Shown piece after piece: positions 10,136-18,335 of a DNA stretch of 64,000 nt. Below the pieces are notes generated by a model, which did no database searches, was not told where the DNA came from, and saw only the letters and a program-made list of their open reading frames with translations. The stretch covers positions 1 through 64,000 of the IMG/VR virus record IMGVR_UViG_3300002092_001378; one strand, written 5' to 3'. This DNA comes from a virus. Each line of letters begins with the position of its first letter. The first letter of the stretch is position 1. A program made the translations under genes and the position numbers.

Positions 10136-10167
10136 TCAATTTTTAAACTGATAAGGGACTATATAGC

Positions 10168-10272
10168 CTAAGGTGCCTTCATTGCCACTTCATCCACATG
10201 CTCTGATGGGGGATAAAATTTTACAGCCGAGATGTTGCCATTATAGTACTTGCGGGTGCCACTGGGTAGTTT
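10168..10272 (-). pseudogene. Orphan 3' remnant of a GIY-YIG (endonuclease II-like) gene
   Basis: Translates to KLPSGTRKYYNGNISAVKFYPPSEHVDEVAMKAP*, paralogous to TLPNGERKYYNGNIGAIKF inside the upstream endonuclease; has no start codon. Confidence 0.75.
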
Positions 10273-10313
10273 AATATATTATATTATCTTTTTAGAGCTT
10301 AATCAAATTATTT

Positions 10314-11150
10314 TTAAACTTTGAATGAATAATTGCTGTATTTTGGCGACAAGATTCGTCTTTTTAGAACCCCTTTAGAAATATCAAGTGCTATAGATGC
10401 AGCAGCCAAACTATCGTATTCGATATTATCAACGATACAACTAATTGCGGGGATATACTTTCTTTCTTTTGCTCTTTTTGACATTTTTTCTTTTGTTTCT
10501 CTTTTGATTTCTTTTCCTCGATGAGCAATTCCTATTTTTTCTTTTGTTTCATCTGACAATTCTTTATATTGATTGATTTCACTTAGTTTTTGTTTATGTT
10601 CCAATGATTTTGGAATCCCACTCTTAGCTTCACTCATTTTTTTCTTAGTAGATTCTGATCGAATACTACCACACGCATTCTTATTGCCTTGTGCTTTTTC
10701 TGACATTTTTTCTTTTGTTTTATTGGTGTGCTTATCTAACCTAAATTTTATAGCTCCAATATTTCCGTTGTAATATTTTCTCTCCCCATTGGGTAATGTA
10801 GCAGATAAAACTTTTTCTTCCCATTGGATCTCTACTTCTCTATAAACAAGTTCAGCTTTAGTTTTACATAATTCAATAATTTCAAACTTAAATTTGTCTT
10901 TCTCAAAATCACTGATTAGTTGATTAATGATTGATGAACTGGATGTATAGGTTTTCCAATCTGATTCCTTTACTACCTTTTTCCTGTTAATTCTATTTGC
11001 GATCTTTTTACGGTTAGTTGAATGGAATTGTTTTCGACCTATATACATCATGTTGTTTTCTAAGTTGGTTATTCGATATATAAAACCAAACCAATGATCA
11101 ATATCTATCTCATTAAAAGTAGTAGTCCAATGGCCAAAATCGTTTGTCAT
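10314..11150 (-). CDS. GIY-YIG endonuclease with NUMOD3 repeats and a C-terminal HTH (Seg-like homing endonuclease)
   Basis: GFIYRITNLENNMMYIGRK motif; about five NUMOD3-like repeats (e.g. RSESTKKKMSEAKSG); YDSLAAASIALDIS HTH. Likely start is ATG 11150 with an AGGA RBS. AT-richer than its neighbours. Confidence 0.85.
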   Translation of the reverse strand: MTNDFGHWTTTFNEIDIDHWFGFIYRITNLENNMMYIGRKQFHSTNRKKIANRINRKKVVKESDWKTYTSSSSIINQLISDFEKDKFKFEIIELCKTKAELVYREVEIQWEEKVLSATLPNGERKYYNGNIGAIKFRLDKHTNKTKEKMSEKAQGNKNACGSIRSESTKKKMSEAKSGIPKSLEHKQKLSEINQYKELSDETKEKIGIAHRGKEIKRETKEKMSKRAKERKYIPAISCIVDNIEYDSLAAASIALDISKGVLKRRILSPKYSNYSFKV

Positions 11151-11296
11151 AAAAAATCCTATATTGATAATTGTATTTACCAATATATTTATTTTTACTT
11201 CTTTTAGCCAACATATTCATCCTCAGAGTATTCTGTAAATCCGTTAGTTTTGACAACTCTAACGCTATCTTACCTGGTATATCTGTTGGAACACTA

Positions 11297-12058
11297 TTAT
11301 GAACTACTATGAGGAACAGTATACACATAATCACTCCATCTAATTATTTCAAATCTTCCATCATGATGTTCCACTAATGCTGTACAGGATTCTACCCAAT
11401 CCCCGCAGTTCATGTACCTGATATTAGATATATCCCGAATATTAGCGTGATGAATATGACCACATATAATTCCATCTAAATTCTTGCTCCTCACATAGTT
11501 GGCCAGCGTTGTTTCATAGTCTCCTATGAAGTTCACTGATTCTTTTACTGTGTGTTTAAGATATGAACTCAGTGACCAATGGGGCAGATTAAATTTTGAT
11601 CTAATCTTGCTGACCCAACGACCGATATCTATGCTAACATCATATGCCCATGATCCCAAGTGTGCTAACCATTGTGCGTTCTTCATGACGATATCAAATT
11701 GATCGCCATGTGTAACAAGATATAGTTTACCATCTATGCCAACATGTATACATTCTTCGACTAATATGATATGTCCAAACTCAGCATCGCAGTATTCACG
11801 CAGTAGATCATCATGATTACCTGGGATGTAAACTACCTCAACACCTTTGCGAGCACGACGCAATAATTTCTGTATGACATCGCTGTGGAACTGACTCCAT
11901 ATCTTCTTCTTGCTCATTGCCCAACAGTCAATGATATCGCCCACGAGATATATCTTCTCGCATTCGAAAGTCTTCATGAATTCCAGCAGTTGATCTGCTT
12001 GGCTCATTTTAGTTCCAAGATGTATATCAGATATGAATACAGATCGATAAGAATTCAT
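11297..12058 (-). CDS. plcP: PlcP-type intracellular phospholipase C (LpxH-like metallophosphoesterase)
   Basis: FISDIHLG, LVGDIID, VIQKLLRRARKG, IPGNHD, HGDQFD, WSLSSYLK, CGHIH, YMNCGDWVESCTALVE. This motif series matches the PlcP/SMc00171 subfamily as I recall it. Confidence 0.8.
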   Translation of the reverse strand: MNSYRSVFISDIHLGTKMSQADQLLEFMKTFECEKIYLVGDIIDCWAMSKKKIWSQFHSDVIQKLLRRARKGVEVVYIPGNHDDLLREYCDAEFGHIILVEECIHVGIDGKLYLVTHGDQFDIVMKNAQWLAHLGSWAYDVSIDIGRWVSKIRSKFNLPHWSLSSYLKHTVKESVNFIGDYETTLANYVRSKNLDGIICGHIHHANIRDISNIRYMNCGDWVESCTALVEHHDGRFEIIRWSDYVYTVPHSSS

Positions 12059-12762
12059 CTAAAGTCCTTGTAGGTATTAGTAACTGCTCGATCTTTAAAT
12101 GTCACTGATAGATAATTCTTAAAGTATAACCAAGTTGTAGTAAACACCCCTTGATCTTTTAATCGTCTTGGACTTGAATGTAATTTTAGTTTCATAGCAA
12201 ACTTGATCATACCAAATTTTTCAAGACGTTTAGCAGTCATTGTGTCTTCACCATAGAACGCTATACTTGTATCATATCCATTGGTGGCATCTAATGCTGC
12301 TTTCTTTATTAGGGAATTGCCGCCCTGTAAGAACACACCAATGAAACTGTTGCTGAACCAAGCAAGATAATAATATATCTTAGTTGATATAGCAAGCGAA
12401 CGTGACACATCATCATATACTAAAGGACCTGTAACAGCAGCAACTCCAGGATCGGCAATTTTTAACAATGCTGTTTCAATCCAGCCGTCGCATAATCTCG
12501 AATCAGCGTCAATGTTTGCTATTAGATTATATTGGGCAGTCTCGTAGCCTTTCTGACGGGCGAATACAACTCCTTTTTGTCTTTCTGAAACAACTGTTAC
12601 ACCTTCTTGCATGGCAATTAGAACAGTTTGATCTGTGCAGTTATTGTCAACTACGATGATCTCGTAGTGAGGGAGACTGGAAGCCTCCCTCACGATTGAG
12701 CGTATACAATCTCTTATATACTTCTCTTCATTATAACATGGGATAACGAATGATATGCCCAT
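12055..12762 (-). CDS. Family 2 glycosyltransferase
   Basis: ISFVIPCYNEE, VVDNNCTD, DADS (DxD), GEDT; 4-bp overlap with plcP. Confidence 0.9.
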   Translation of the reverse strand: MGISFVIPCYNEEKYIRDCIRSIVREASSLPHYEIIVVDNNCTDQTVLIAMQEGVTVVSERQKGVVFARQKGYETAQYNLIANIDADSRLCDGWIETALLKIADPGVAAVTGPLVYDDVSRSLAISTKIYYYLAWFSNSFIGVFLQGGNSLIKKAALDATNGYDTSIAFYGEDTMTAKRLEKFGMIKFAMKLKLHSSPRRLKDQGVFTTTWLYFKNYLSVTFKDRAVTNTYKDFR

Positions 12763-12763
12763 G

Positions 12764-13771
12764 TTAGTGCTTTATGGTTGTCCATACTGTATTCTTGATT
12801 TCCTTAACTACATTAGCAGGCATTGGAATATAGTCAAGGTCTTCAGCAGACTTATTTCCATTACTAAACGCCCAGTTAAAGAAAGCAATAGCTTCTCTGC
12901 TGGCTGCGGGATCTGAAGGTTCAGAATACATTAGGACGAATGTGGCAGCAGTCAAGGGCCAGGAATCATCTCCCAACTGATTAGTAAGCACTACACCGAA
13001 TCCCGGAACGCTGTTCCAATCTGCCTTGGCTGCTGCCGAGCTGAATGACTTAACTGTTGGCTCAACTGTCTTGCCAGCAGCATTGATCATTTTAGTAGTT
13101 GTTAGTTTATTTTGTTTGGCATAAGCATATTCAACATAACCAATGCTGTTCTTGCTCTGCTGTACATTAGATGCTACACCGTCATTGCCCTTAGCACCTA
13201 CACCAACTGGCCATTCAATAGCAGCGCCTTCTCCTGGTCCATTCTTCCAATCAGCACTAACCTTGCTTAGATAGTTAGTAAAGTTAAATGTAGTCCCGGA
13301 TCCATCACTACGACGCACTACTGTGATTGGTGCATCGGGTAGCTTAACTGCTGGGTTTAACTTTGCGATAGCAGTATCGTTCCACTTCTTGATCTTGCCA
13401 AGATAGATATTAGCAATAGTAGTGCCGTCGAGTGTTAAATCACCACTCTTAACTCCTTCAACATTGATAGCTAGTACAATACCGCCCATAATCTCTGGCC
13501 ATTGGACGAAACGGTACTTTAGTAGATCCTCTAGTCCCAGTGGCATATCAGTAGCTCCAAATGTCACTGTCTTGGCCTGTATCTGCTTGATACCAGCACC
13601 ACTACCTATTGATTGATAATTTACTTGATTACCAGTTGAAGTCTTATATGAATCTGACCATTTTGAAATAATAGGGAAAGCAAATGTTGAACCTGCTCCT
13701 GTAATATCTGCTGCTTGTACCGATGTTGCAAGCATCAAACTTGCAATTGCTAATGTCATCTTCTTTAGCAT
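12764..13771 (-). CDS. pstS: Phosphate ABC transporter periplasmic binding protein PstS
   Basis: Signal peptide, ITGAGSTF, NYQSIGSGAG, RRSDGSGTT, GAKGNDGV, IGYVEYAY. Confidence 0.97.
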   Translation of the reverse strand: MLKKMTLAIASLMLATSVQAADITGAGSTFAFPIISKWSDSYKTSTGNQVNYQSIGSGAGIKQIQAKTVTFGATDMPLGLEDLLKYRFVQWPEIMGGIVLAINVEGVKSGDLTLDGTTIANIYLGKIKKWNDTAIAKLNPAVKLPDAPITVVRRSDGSGTTFNFTNYLSKVSADWKNGPGEGAAIEWPVGVGAKGNDGVASNVQQSKNSIGYVEYAYAKQNKLTTTKMINAAGKTVEPTVKSFSSAAAKADWNSVPGFGVVLTNQLGDDSWPLTAATFVLMYSEPSDPAASREAIAFFNWAFSNGNKSAEDLDYIPMPANVVKEIKNTVWTTIKH

Positions 13772-13815
13772 AAATGAGACTCCTTGTTATGCGAGCCTTA
13801 TTTAAACACACTAAT

Positions 13816-13833
13816 ATGACGGTTTTATTACAA
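13816..13833 (-). promoter_or_regulatory. Pho box (PhoB binding site) upstream of pstS
   Basis: Minus strand TTGTAAT-AAAA-CCGTCAT versus consensus CTGTCAT-A(A/T)A(T/A)-CTGTCAY, with correct 11-bp periodicity, 45 bp upstream of the pstS ATG. A TAAATA motif follows at 13799-13804. Confidence 0.75.
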
Positions 13834-13852
13834 ACAGCAGTTTTTTTAACAA

Positions 13853-15619
13853 TTAATCAGAAAAATTATCGTAGCTGGTGAAGCCATTTTCCTTGATAAC
13901 CTTCATGACATTGTTGACACGCCCAGCTAATTCATCCTTGTGACTTACAAGGAAAATGCTTTTATTGCGCTCACGTGCCATCTTCTTGAGAATAGCTAGA
14001 CTGTTCTCAACACCACTTGAGTCCATGCCACTGTCAATCATCTCGTCAATAAACAGTAGATTGATGGGGCTATACAAGCTTTCCCATACATCTCTAAATG
14101 CAAAACTTAACGAAAGTATAAGACGATTACGTTCACCACGACTAAGATTATCGAAATCAAGTTCCCTACCTAACTCTGTGATTTCTACTGTGAGATCATT
14201 CAGGAACTTGACTTCATGCGGCAATCCAATTGCCTGTAGATAAGCACCCAGTCGAGTATTGAGATAAGCAAGGTTCTGATCAATGATGCGCTTGCGAACA
14301 AAGCTATCCTTGTTGGTCAGTAGTTTGAGTAGAAACTCCTGATGCTCTTTAAACTGTGTGAGTACATTAATTTGATCCCATGTCACTTGCTCAATTGCTG
14401 TAGTTTCCATGTCAACAATCTGTTCAGCATATGGGTCTTGGTCATCACGTTTACGATCAAGTTGCTCAACCAGTTTCTCAAGTGTACTGCGATGGCTTAA
14501 TGCTTTCTCTAAGGTGTCATAGATAACCTTAGGAGCAGTTACAATTGAACCAATGCTATTCAATTGATCCTGATACTCATTGGCTTTCTCTTGAAGAGCA
14601 AGCATTTGAGTTTGGCAATCGCTATATTGCTTGACTTTGCCTTCCAGTATCATACCTTTATTGGCATCATGCAGTGTTGATCCACAAGCATAACAAGTAT
14701 GATTGTTGAGATCTTCTATTTCTTCTGCGAGCTTCTGATACCGCTTTTCTTCTTTGGCATAGTCAGCTGTTAAGCTGCGCAGCCACTTGTCGCATTCTGT
14801 TTTCTTTTTAACACGTTCATGATAAGCAGTTAATTCCTTGTGAGCCAGGATCTCAGCTTCAATATCAACATTGGCGAGGTCCATTAGCCCACGCTCAAGT
14901 GTCAGTACATCCTCTTCATGTTTGGAATGCCAGAGCTTTTGCCTGCGCTTGAGATTTTCAATTTGATCTTCAATGCGCTTGTTGGCATCCTGTACTGCCT
15001 TGATGCGAATCTCTTCCTCGGTAATTGATTCCTTAGTGGACTTTACAAATTCCTTAAGCCTATCAGCTTTTTCACTGAGAATTGTAATGCCCAATAGCTG
15101 CTCAATAACATTGCGTTGATCATTGGCTCGCATACTGAGGAAAGGTTCAGTGTAAGTGTTGAGCGCAAGAACGTGCTTAAACATGTCATGTGACATGCCC
15201 AATATACGTTCGATGTCCTGCTGTGTCTCACGACTATCGCCTTGACTATCATCCTGATAGCCATCTTTCTCTTCGCCGTTAACATACAGTTTTAGGACAT
15301 TTGACTTGCGTCCGCGCTCAATTTTATATTCCTGTCCATTGACTTCAAAGTCAACGGTCACCATCATATTCTTAGCGTTGGTTTTGTTAATAAGATTATC
15401 ACGTTTGATGTTAGTAAGTGCTTGACCGTAGAGTCCATAGCTCAAAGCATTGATGATTGTGGTTTTACCCGTGCCATTTCTAGCACCAGAATCATCACCT
15501 CCTAAATCTAAGTTTTCACCAAGTACGAGAGTTAGATCTCTACGGTCAAAGTCCACGGCTTGGGTCGCATTGCCCACGCTCATGAAATTCTTTACTGTTA
15601 AGTTTTTAATCTTAATCAT
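13853..15619 (-). CDS. gp46: Recombination endonuclease ATPase subunit, gp46/SbcC/Rad50-like
   Basis: Walker A NGTGKTT, CYAC zinc hook, LSRGE signature, LLFIDE Walker B, VSH. Likely start is ATG 15619. Confidence 0.95.
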   Translation of the reverse strand: MIKIKNLTVKNFMSVGNATQAVDFDRRDLTLVLGENLDLGGDDSGARNGTGKTTIINALSYGLYGQALTNIKRDNLINKTNAKNMMVTVDFEVNGQEYKIERGRKSNVLKLYVNGEEKDGYQDDSQGDSRETQQDIERILGMSHDMFKHVLALNTYTEPFLSMRANDQRNVIEQLLGITILSEKADRLKEFVKSTKESITEEEIRIKAVQDANKRIEDQIENLKRRQKLWHSKHEEDVLTLERGLMDLANVDIEAEILAHKELTAYHERVKKKTECDKWLRSLTADYAKEEKRYQKLAEEIEDLNNHTCYACGSTLHDANKGMILEGKVKQYSDCQTQMLALQEKANEYQDQLNSIGSIVTAPKVIYDTLEKALSHRSTLEKLVEQLDRKRDDQDPYAEQIVDMETTAIEQVTWDQINVLTQFKEHQEFLLKLLTNKDSFVRKRIIDQNLAYLNTRLGAYLQAIGLPHEVKFLNDLTVEITELGRELDFDNLSRGERNRLILSLSFAFRDVWESLYSPINLLFIDEMIDSGMDSSGVENSLAILKKMARERNKSIFLVSHKDELAGRVNNVMKVIKENGFTSYDNFSD

Positions 15620-15642
15620 TAATATCACTCTATATGTTTGTG

Positions 15643-17214
15643 TTAGGAAAGTCTATTAAAAACGTCGCTGCTAGACGACTCATTAAATCTATTCTTCTTT
15701 AACCATTCATAGTAGTTGGGCCAGCATTGCTGGCTAATATACTGATTTCTTGCTTTATTATATGCAAAGAACGCTTCTGCCATCTGCCTATCAGCATCAG
15801 ACATTATAGTAGGATTAAACTTTGATCTATCAACATCACATGCAATACTCATACGATAATACATCTGATGCCAAAAATGAGGCAGTCGTCCCTCAATGTC
15901 TGTGCGCTGCTCATTAACAATGTCTTCAAGCTGTTGCATATCAATCATTGCACGACGACTATCCCACCATGCACCACGACGCTTGCTAAGTCCAAAGTTA
16001 AACAGCAGTCGTAGGTTACGTTCCTCAACAACCAACTGTTGATTCTTATTAAACTGATTCCTTGCTGCATCTACTGTATCCAGCTTTAATGCAGCAAATA
16101 GATCTTCAAGTGATCGACTGTGTATATCAAATGTAGGGGCATCATATGGGTCAACAAATCCAGCACTGATTCCAAGTGGAACTACGTTATCAACCCAACT
16201 GGTCTTGTAATACCCAGGTGACCATTTGATTTGTCTGGGCTGAGCAATACGAACGCCTGCGGTCTCATTTAAAAGTTTCTGTAATGGGACTTCATCGCTT
16301 GTCATGTTTTGATTATAGATGTAACCATTGCCAATTCTGTGATAAAGTTTTACTTTAAAACGCCAACCATGGTCCTCACCGTAAATTTCAGTACCACCTG
16401 TCATTTCCTTAGCGGGATCGTCATATCGTGTGGGACATACCCAAGCAGTATTACAATATTCACTGCCCATGTTATGCCAAGTATTGTTTACTTTACTAAT
16501 CAGTATGCGGTTAAATCCACTTGCGTCAATATACAGATCGGCTGTAATTGTTTGATCATTTTCAAGTACAATACCACGGCTAAAATTGACTACAGTATTT
16601 GTAATGTGTTCACAGTTGCCAGTTAATGCAAGTTCCTTTAAGAACTCAACAGACTGTTCGGCATCAATGTGATAGCTGTAACCCTCATCTGGACGTAATA
16701 CATAATTGCCTTCTGCATTGACGGGGGCAACAGGATTTTTAGTAAAATAGCTGGTTTCGTTAGCTTCCAGGATATAATCGTCAAATGTCTTGTTGTTGTC
16801 GCGATTGATAGTCATCCAAGCTTGTTGTATTCCCACATCACCAGCACGTTTACTCCAGGGTTCATAAAATTCTGGATAATCAAACTTGCCGTAAAAGTTA
16901 GTAAGCGAGCTAACTTTGAGGTTAAAGAATTTACCATAGCTAAAGCTTTTGTGATCCTGCCAAAAGTCAGTGGCAGTTAACCCATATTTGTAGATAGCAC
17001 CGGTACGCCACATAAGCATACGGTCATCCTTAAGTCCCAGTAGGCGTTTCCAATCATACGGCGCACTGTAACCCAGTGTTTCACCTACTCCCAAACGTGG
17101 GTACTTGTCGCTATCAATAACGATTAGCTTGATATTGGGGAAATTGTGGCGCAATGCTGCGGCTGTATACCAACCAGCGAATCCACCACCCACTATGGCA
17201 ATGCTATTAATCAT
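15643..17214 (-). CDS. Tryptophan-halogenase-family flavoprotein (divergent)
   Basis: IVGGGFAGW FAD motif, LGVGE, AIYKYG (catalytic Lys position), YIDASGF, SAGFVDP. The WxWxIP motif is degenerate (WRFKVK). Confidence 0.8.
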   Translation of the reverse strand: MINSIAIVGGGFAGWYTAAALRHNFPNIKLIVIDSDKYPRLGVGETLGYSAPYDWKRLLGLKDDRMLMWRTGAIYKYGLTATDFWQDHKSFSYGKFFNLKVSSLTNFYGKFDYPEFYEPWSKRAGDVGIQQAWMTINRDNNKTFDDYILEANETSYFTKNPVAPVNAEGNYVLRPDEGYSYHIDAEQSVEFLKELALTGNCEHITNTVVNFSRGIVLENDQTITADLYIDASGFNRILISKVNNTWHNMGSEYCNTAWVCPTRYDDPAKEMTGGTEIYGEDHGWRFKVKLYHRIGNGYIYNQNMTSDEVPLQKLLNETAGVRIAQPRQIKWSPGYYKTSWVDNVVPLGISAGFVDPYDAPTFDIHSRSLEDLFAALKLDTVDAARNQFNKNQQLVVEERNLRLLFNFGLSKRRGAWWDSRRAMIDMQQLEDIVNEQRTDIEGRLPHFWHQMYYRMSIACDVDRSKFNPTIMSDADRQMAEAFFAYNKARNQYISQQCWPNYYEWLKKNRFNESSSSDVFNRLS

Positions 17215-18224
17215 AGTCCGGTATAGATTTCCATTAAGATCTTACGATCATAATGCTTGGTGTCAATTGACTCAATTTGATTCAATACAATTTGATCTAC
17301 TGATTCAAACGCTACATCAATTGGTGTTCCATTAAGGTCAAGTTCCTGCTTATGTGGAATCAAGCTAAGTTCTCTTGCGCCATATTGTCCCAGCATAGTT
17401 TCCTTAATGAAGTTTGCTTCTTCATAGCTAATACTGATGTCCAAGTTGACACGAGCATAGGTGCGATCATTAAGGAATATTTCAGGATTATCAATTAACT
17501 GAGCAAGGCTCATAACGCGATACTCGGGACCCGCAGTCCAGTTAAAGTATTCTGGCTTTGATCCCCAATCTAAGATAACTGCGCCACGATCATTGTCCCA
17601 CGCATCAGCAAAGTTATGTGGGAAAGCATTACCAATGTAATGTACATTATCCTGTACTTGTCGCTTGTGGAAGTGTCCAGTAAACACCAAGTCAACGTGT
17701 CCAAAATCATCCTTGCGTAGTTCGCCGTGATCTGGCATCGCTACCATAGAATTCATCAAAAAACGAGGAAGTTCAAAATGTCCCATGACATAACGATCTT
17801 TGATCTTACGCATGTTCTTATGTTCTTCGCCAATTAGCCATGGAACAAAACAAACATCTCCTTCACTATACTGATCATTAATCAATTCAATGTTCTTAAA
17901 TTTTGACATATATTTGATGCTACTGATAGCTCTTTTATCTTTATAGAATAAATCATGATTTCCTGGAATCACCATAATTCTACAACCAACAGAATCTAAT
18001 TTTTCTAATATACGCAAACTATAGTCCATAGTTTGGATGTTAATTGAATTTCGATTATGATGAAAATCACCTAAAAACAAAATAGTATCGCAGTTTTTTG
18101 TTTTTACGAGATTGATAAACCAATCAATATATCTCAAACAATCTTCATTATGTACTTGGCTATTTGATTTTTGACCAACATGGAGATCACTGAATATTGC
18201 TGCTTTTTTGAACAAGTTTGTCAT
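17211..18224 (-). CDS. gp47: Recombination endonuclease nuclease subunit, gp47/SbcD/Mre11-like
   Basis: SDLHVG, LGDFHH, PGNHD, GHFH. Likely start is ATG 18224. Confidence 0.95.
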   Translation of the reverse strand: MTNLFKKAAIFSDLHVGQKSNSQVHNEDCLRYIDWFINLVKTKNCDTILFLGDFHHNRNSINIQTMDYSLRILEKLDSVGCRIMVIPGNHDLFYKDKRAISSIKYMSKFKNIELINDQYSEGDVCFVPWLIGEEHKNMRKIKDRYVMGHFELPRFLMNSMVAMPDHGELRKDDFGHVDLVFTGHFHKRQVQDNVHYIGNAFPHNFADAWDNDRGAVILDWGSKPEYFNWTAGPEYRVMSLAQLIDNPEIFLNDRTYARVNLDISISYEEANFIKETMLGQYGARELSLIPHKQELDLNGTPIDVAFESVDQIVLNQIESIDTKHYDRKILMEIYTGL

Positions 18225-18230
18225 AATATG

Positions 18231-18259
18231 ATTATAAAACAATATTCATACAAAGTCAA
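18231..18259 (-). promoter_or_regulatory. Sigma70-type promoter TTGACT-17-TATAAT for the gp47 operon (leaderless)
   Basis: Near-consensus -35/-10 with a 17-bp spacer; ATG lies 6 nt after the -10 box. Confidence 0.8.
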
Positions 18260-18335
18260 TAAATAACAGTGTAGATCACGGACTGCAATCCCACCTACTC
18301 TATCGCTTGAAGGAGCAACAGCATGAATATTTATT
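18258..18335 (+). promoter_or_regulatory. Late-promoter motif plus structured leader sequestering the HNH gene RBS
   Basis: AATAAATA, stem AGTGTAG/CTACTCT enclosing GGA-CTGCAA-TCC, then GCT-TGAAGG-AGC over the AAGGAG RBS. The 5' AATAAATA is complementary to TATTTATT just after the ATG. Confidence 0.55.

Noticed and set aside
10154-10168. Minus-strand GCTATATAGTCC resembling the group I intron S element (AAGAUAUAGUCC)
   Set aside because: I found no matching R element or P7 partner upstream, where the sequence is the coding remnant, and no interrupted gene with a plausible splice junction. Not supportable without a covariance search.
10168-10800. Duplicated motif as a possible DGR template/variable repeat pair
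   Set aside because: The differences are mostly synonymous and not adenine-specific, and there is no reverse transcriptase in the window.
11113-11334. 73-aa minus-strand ORF between plcP and the GIY-YIG gene
   Set aside because: It overlaps both neighbours, has no clear RBS and shows no motif. It could be a remnant but cannot be supported.
18280-18291. GGACTGCAATCC resembling a tRNA-Cys anticodon arm
   Set aside because: The loop has only 6 nt, and there is no D-arm, T-arm (GTTCRA) or acceptor stem; not a tRNA.
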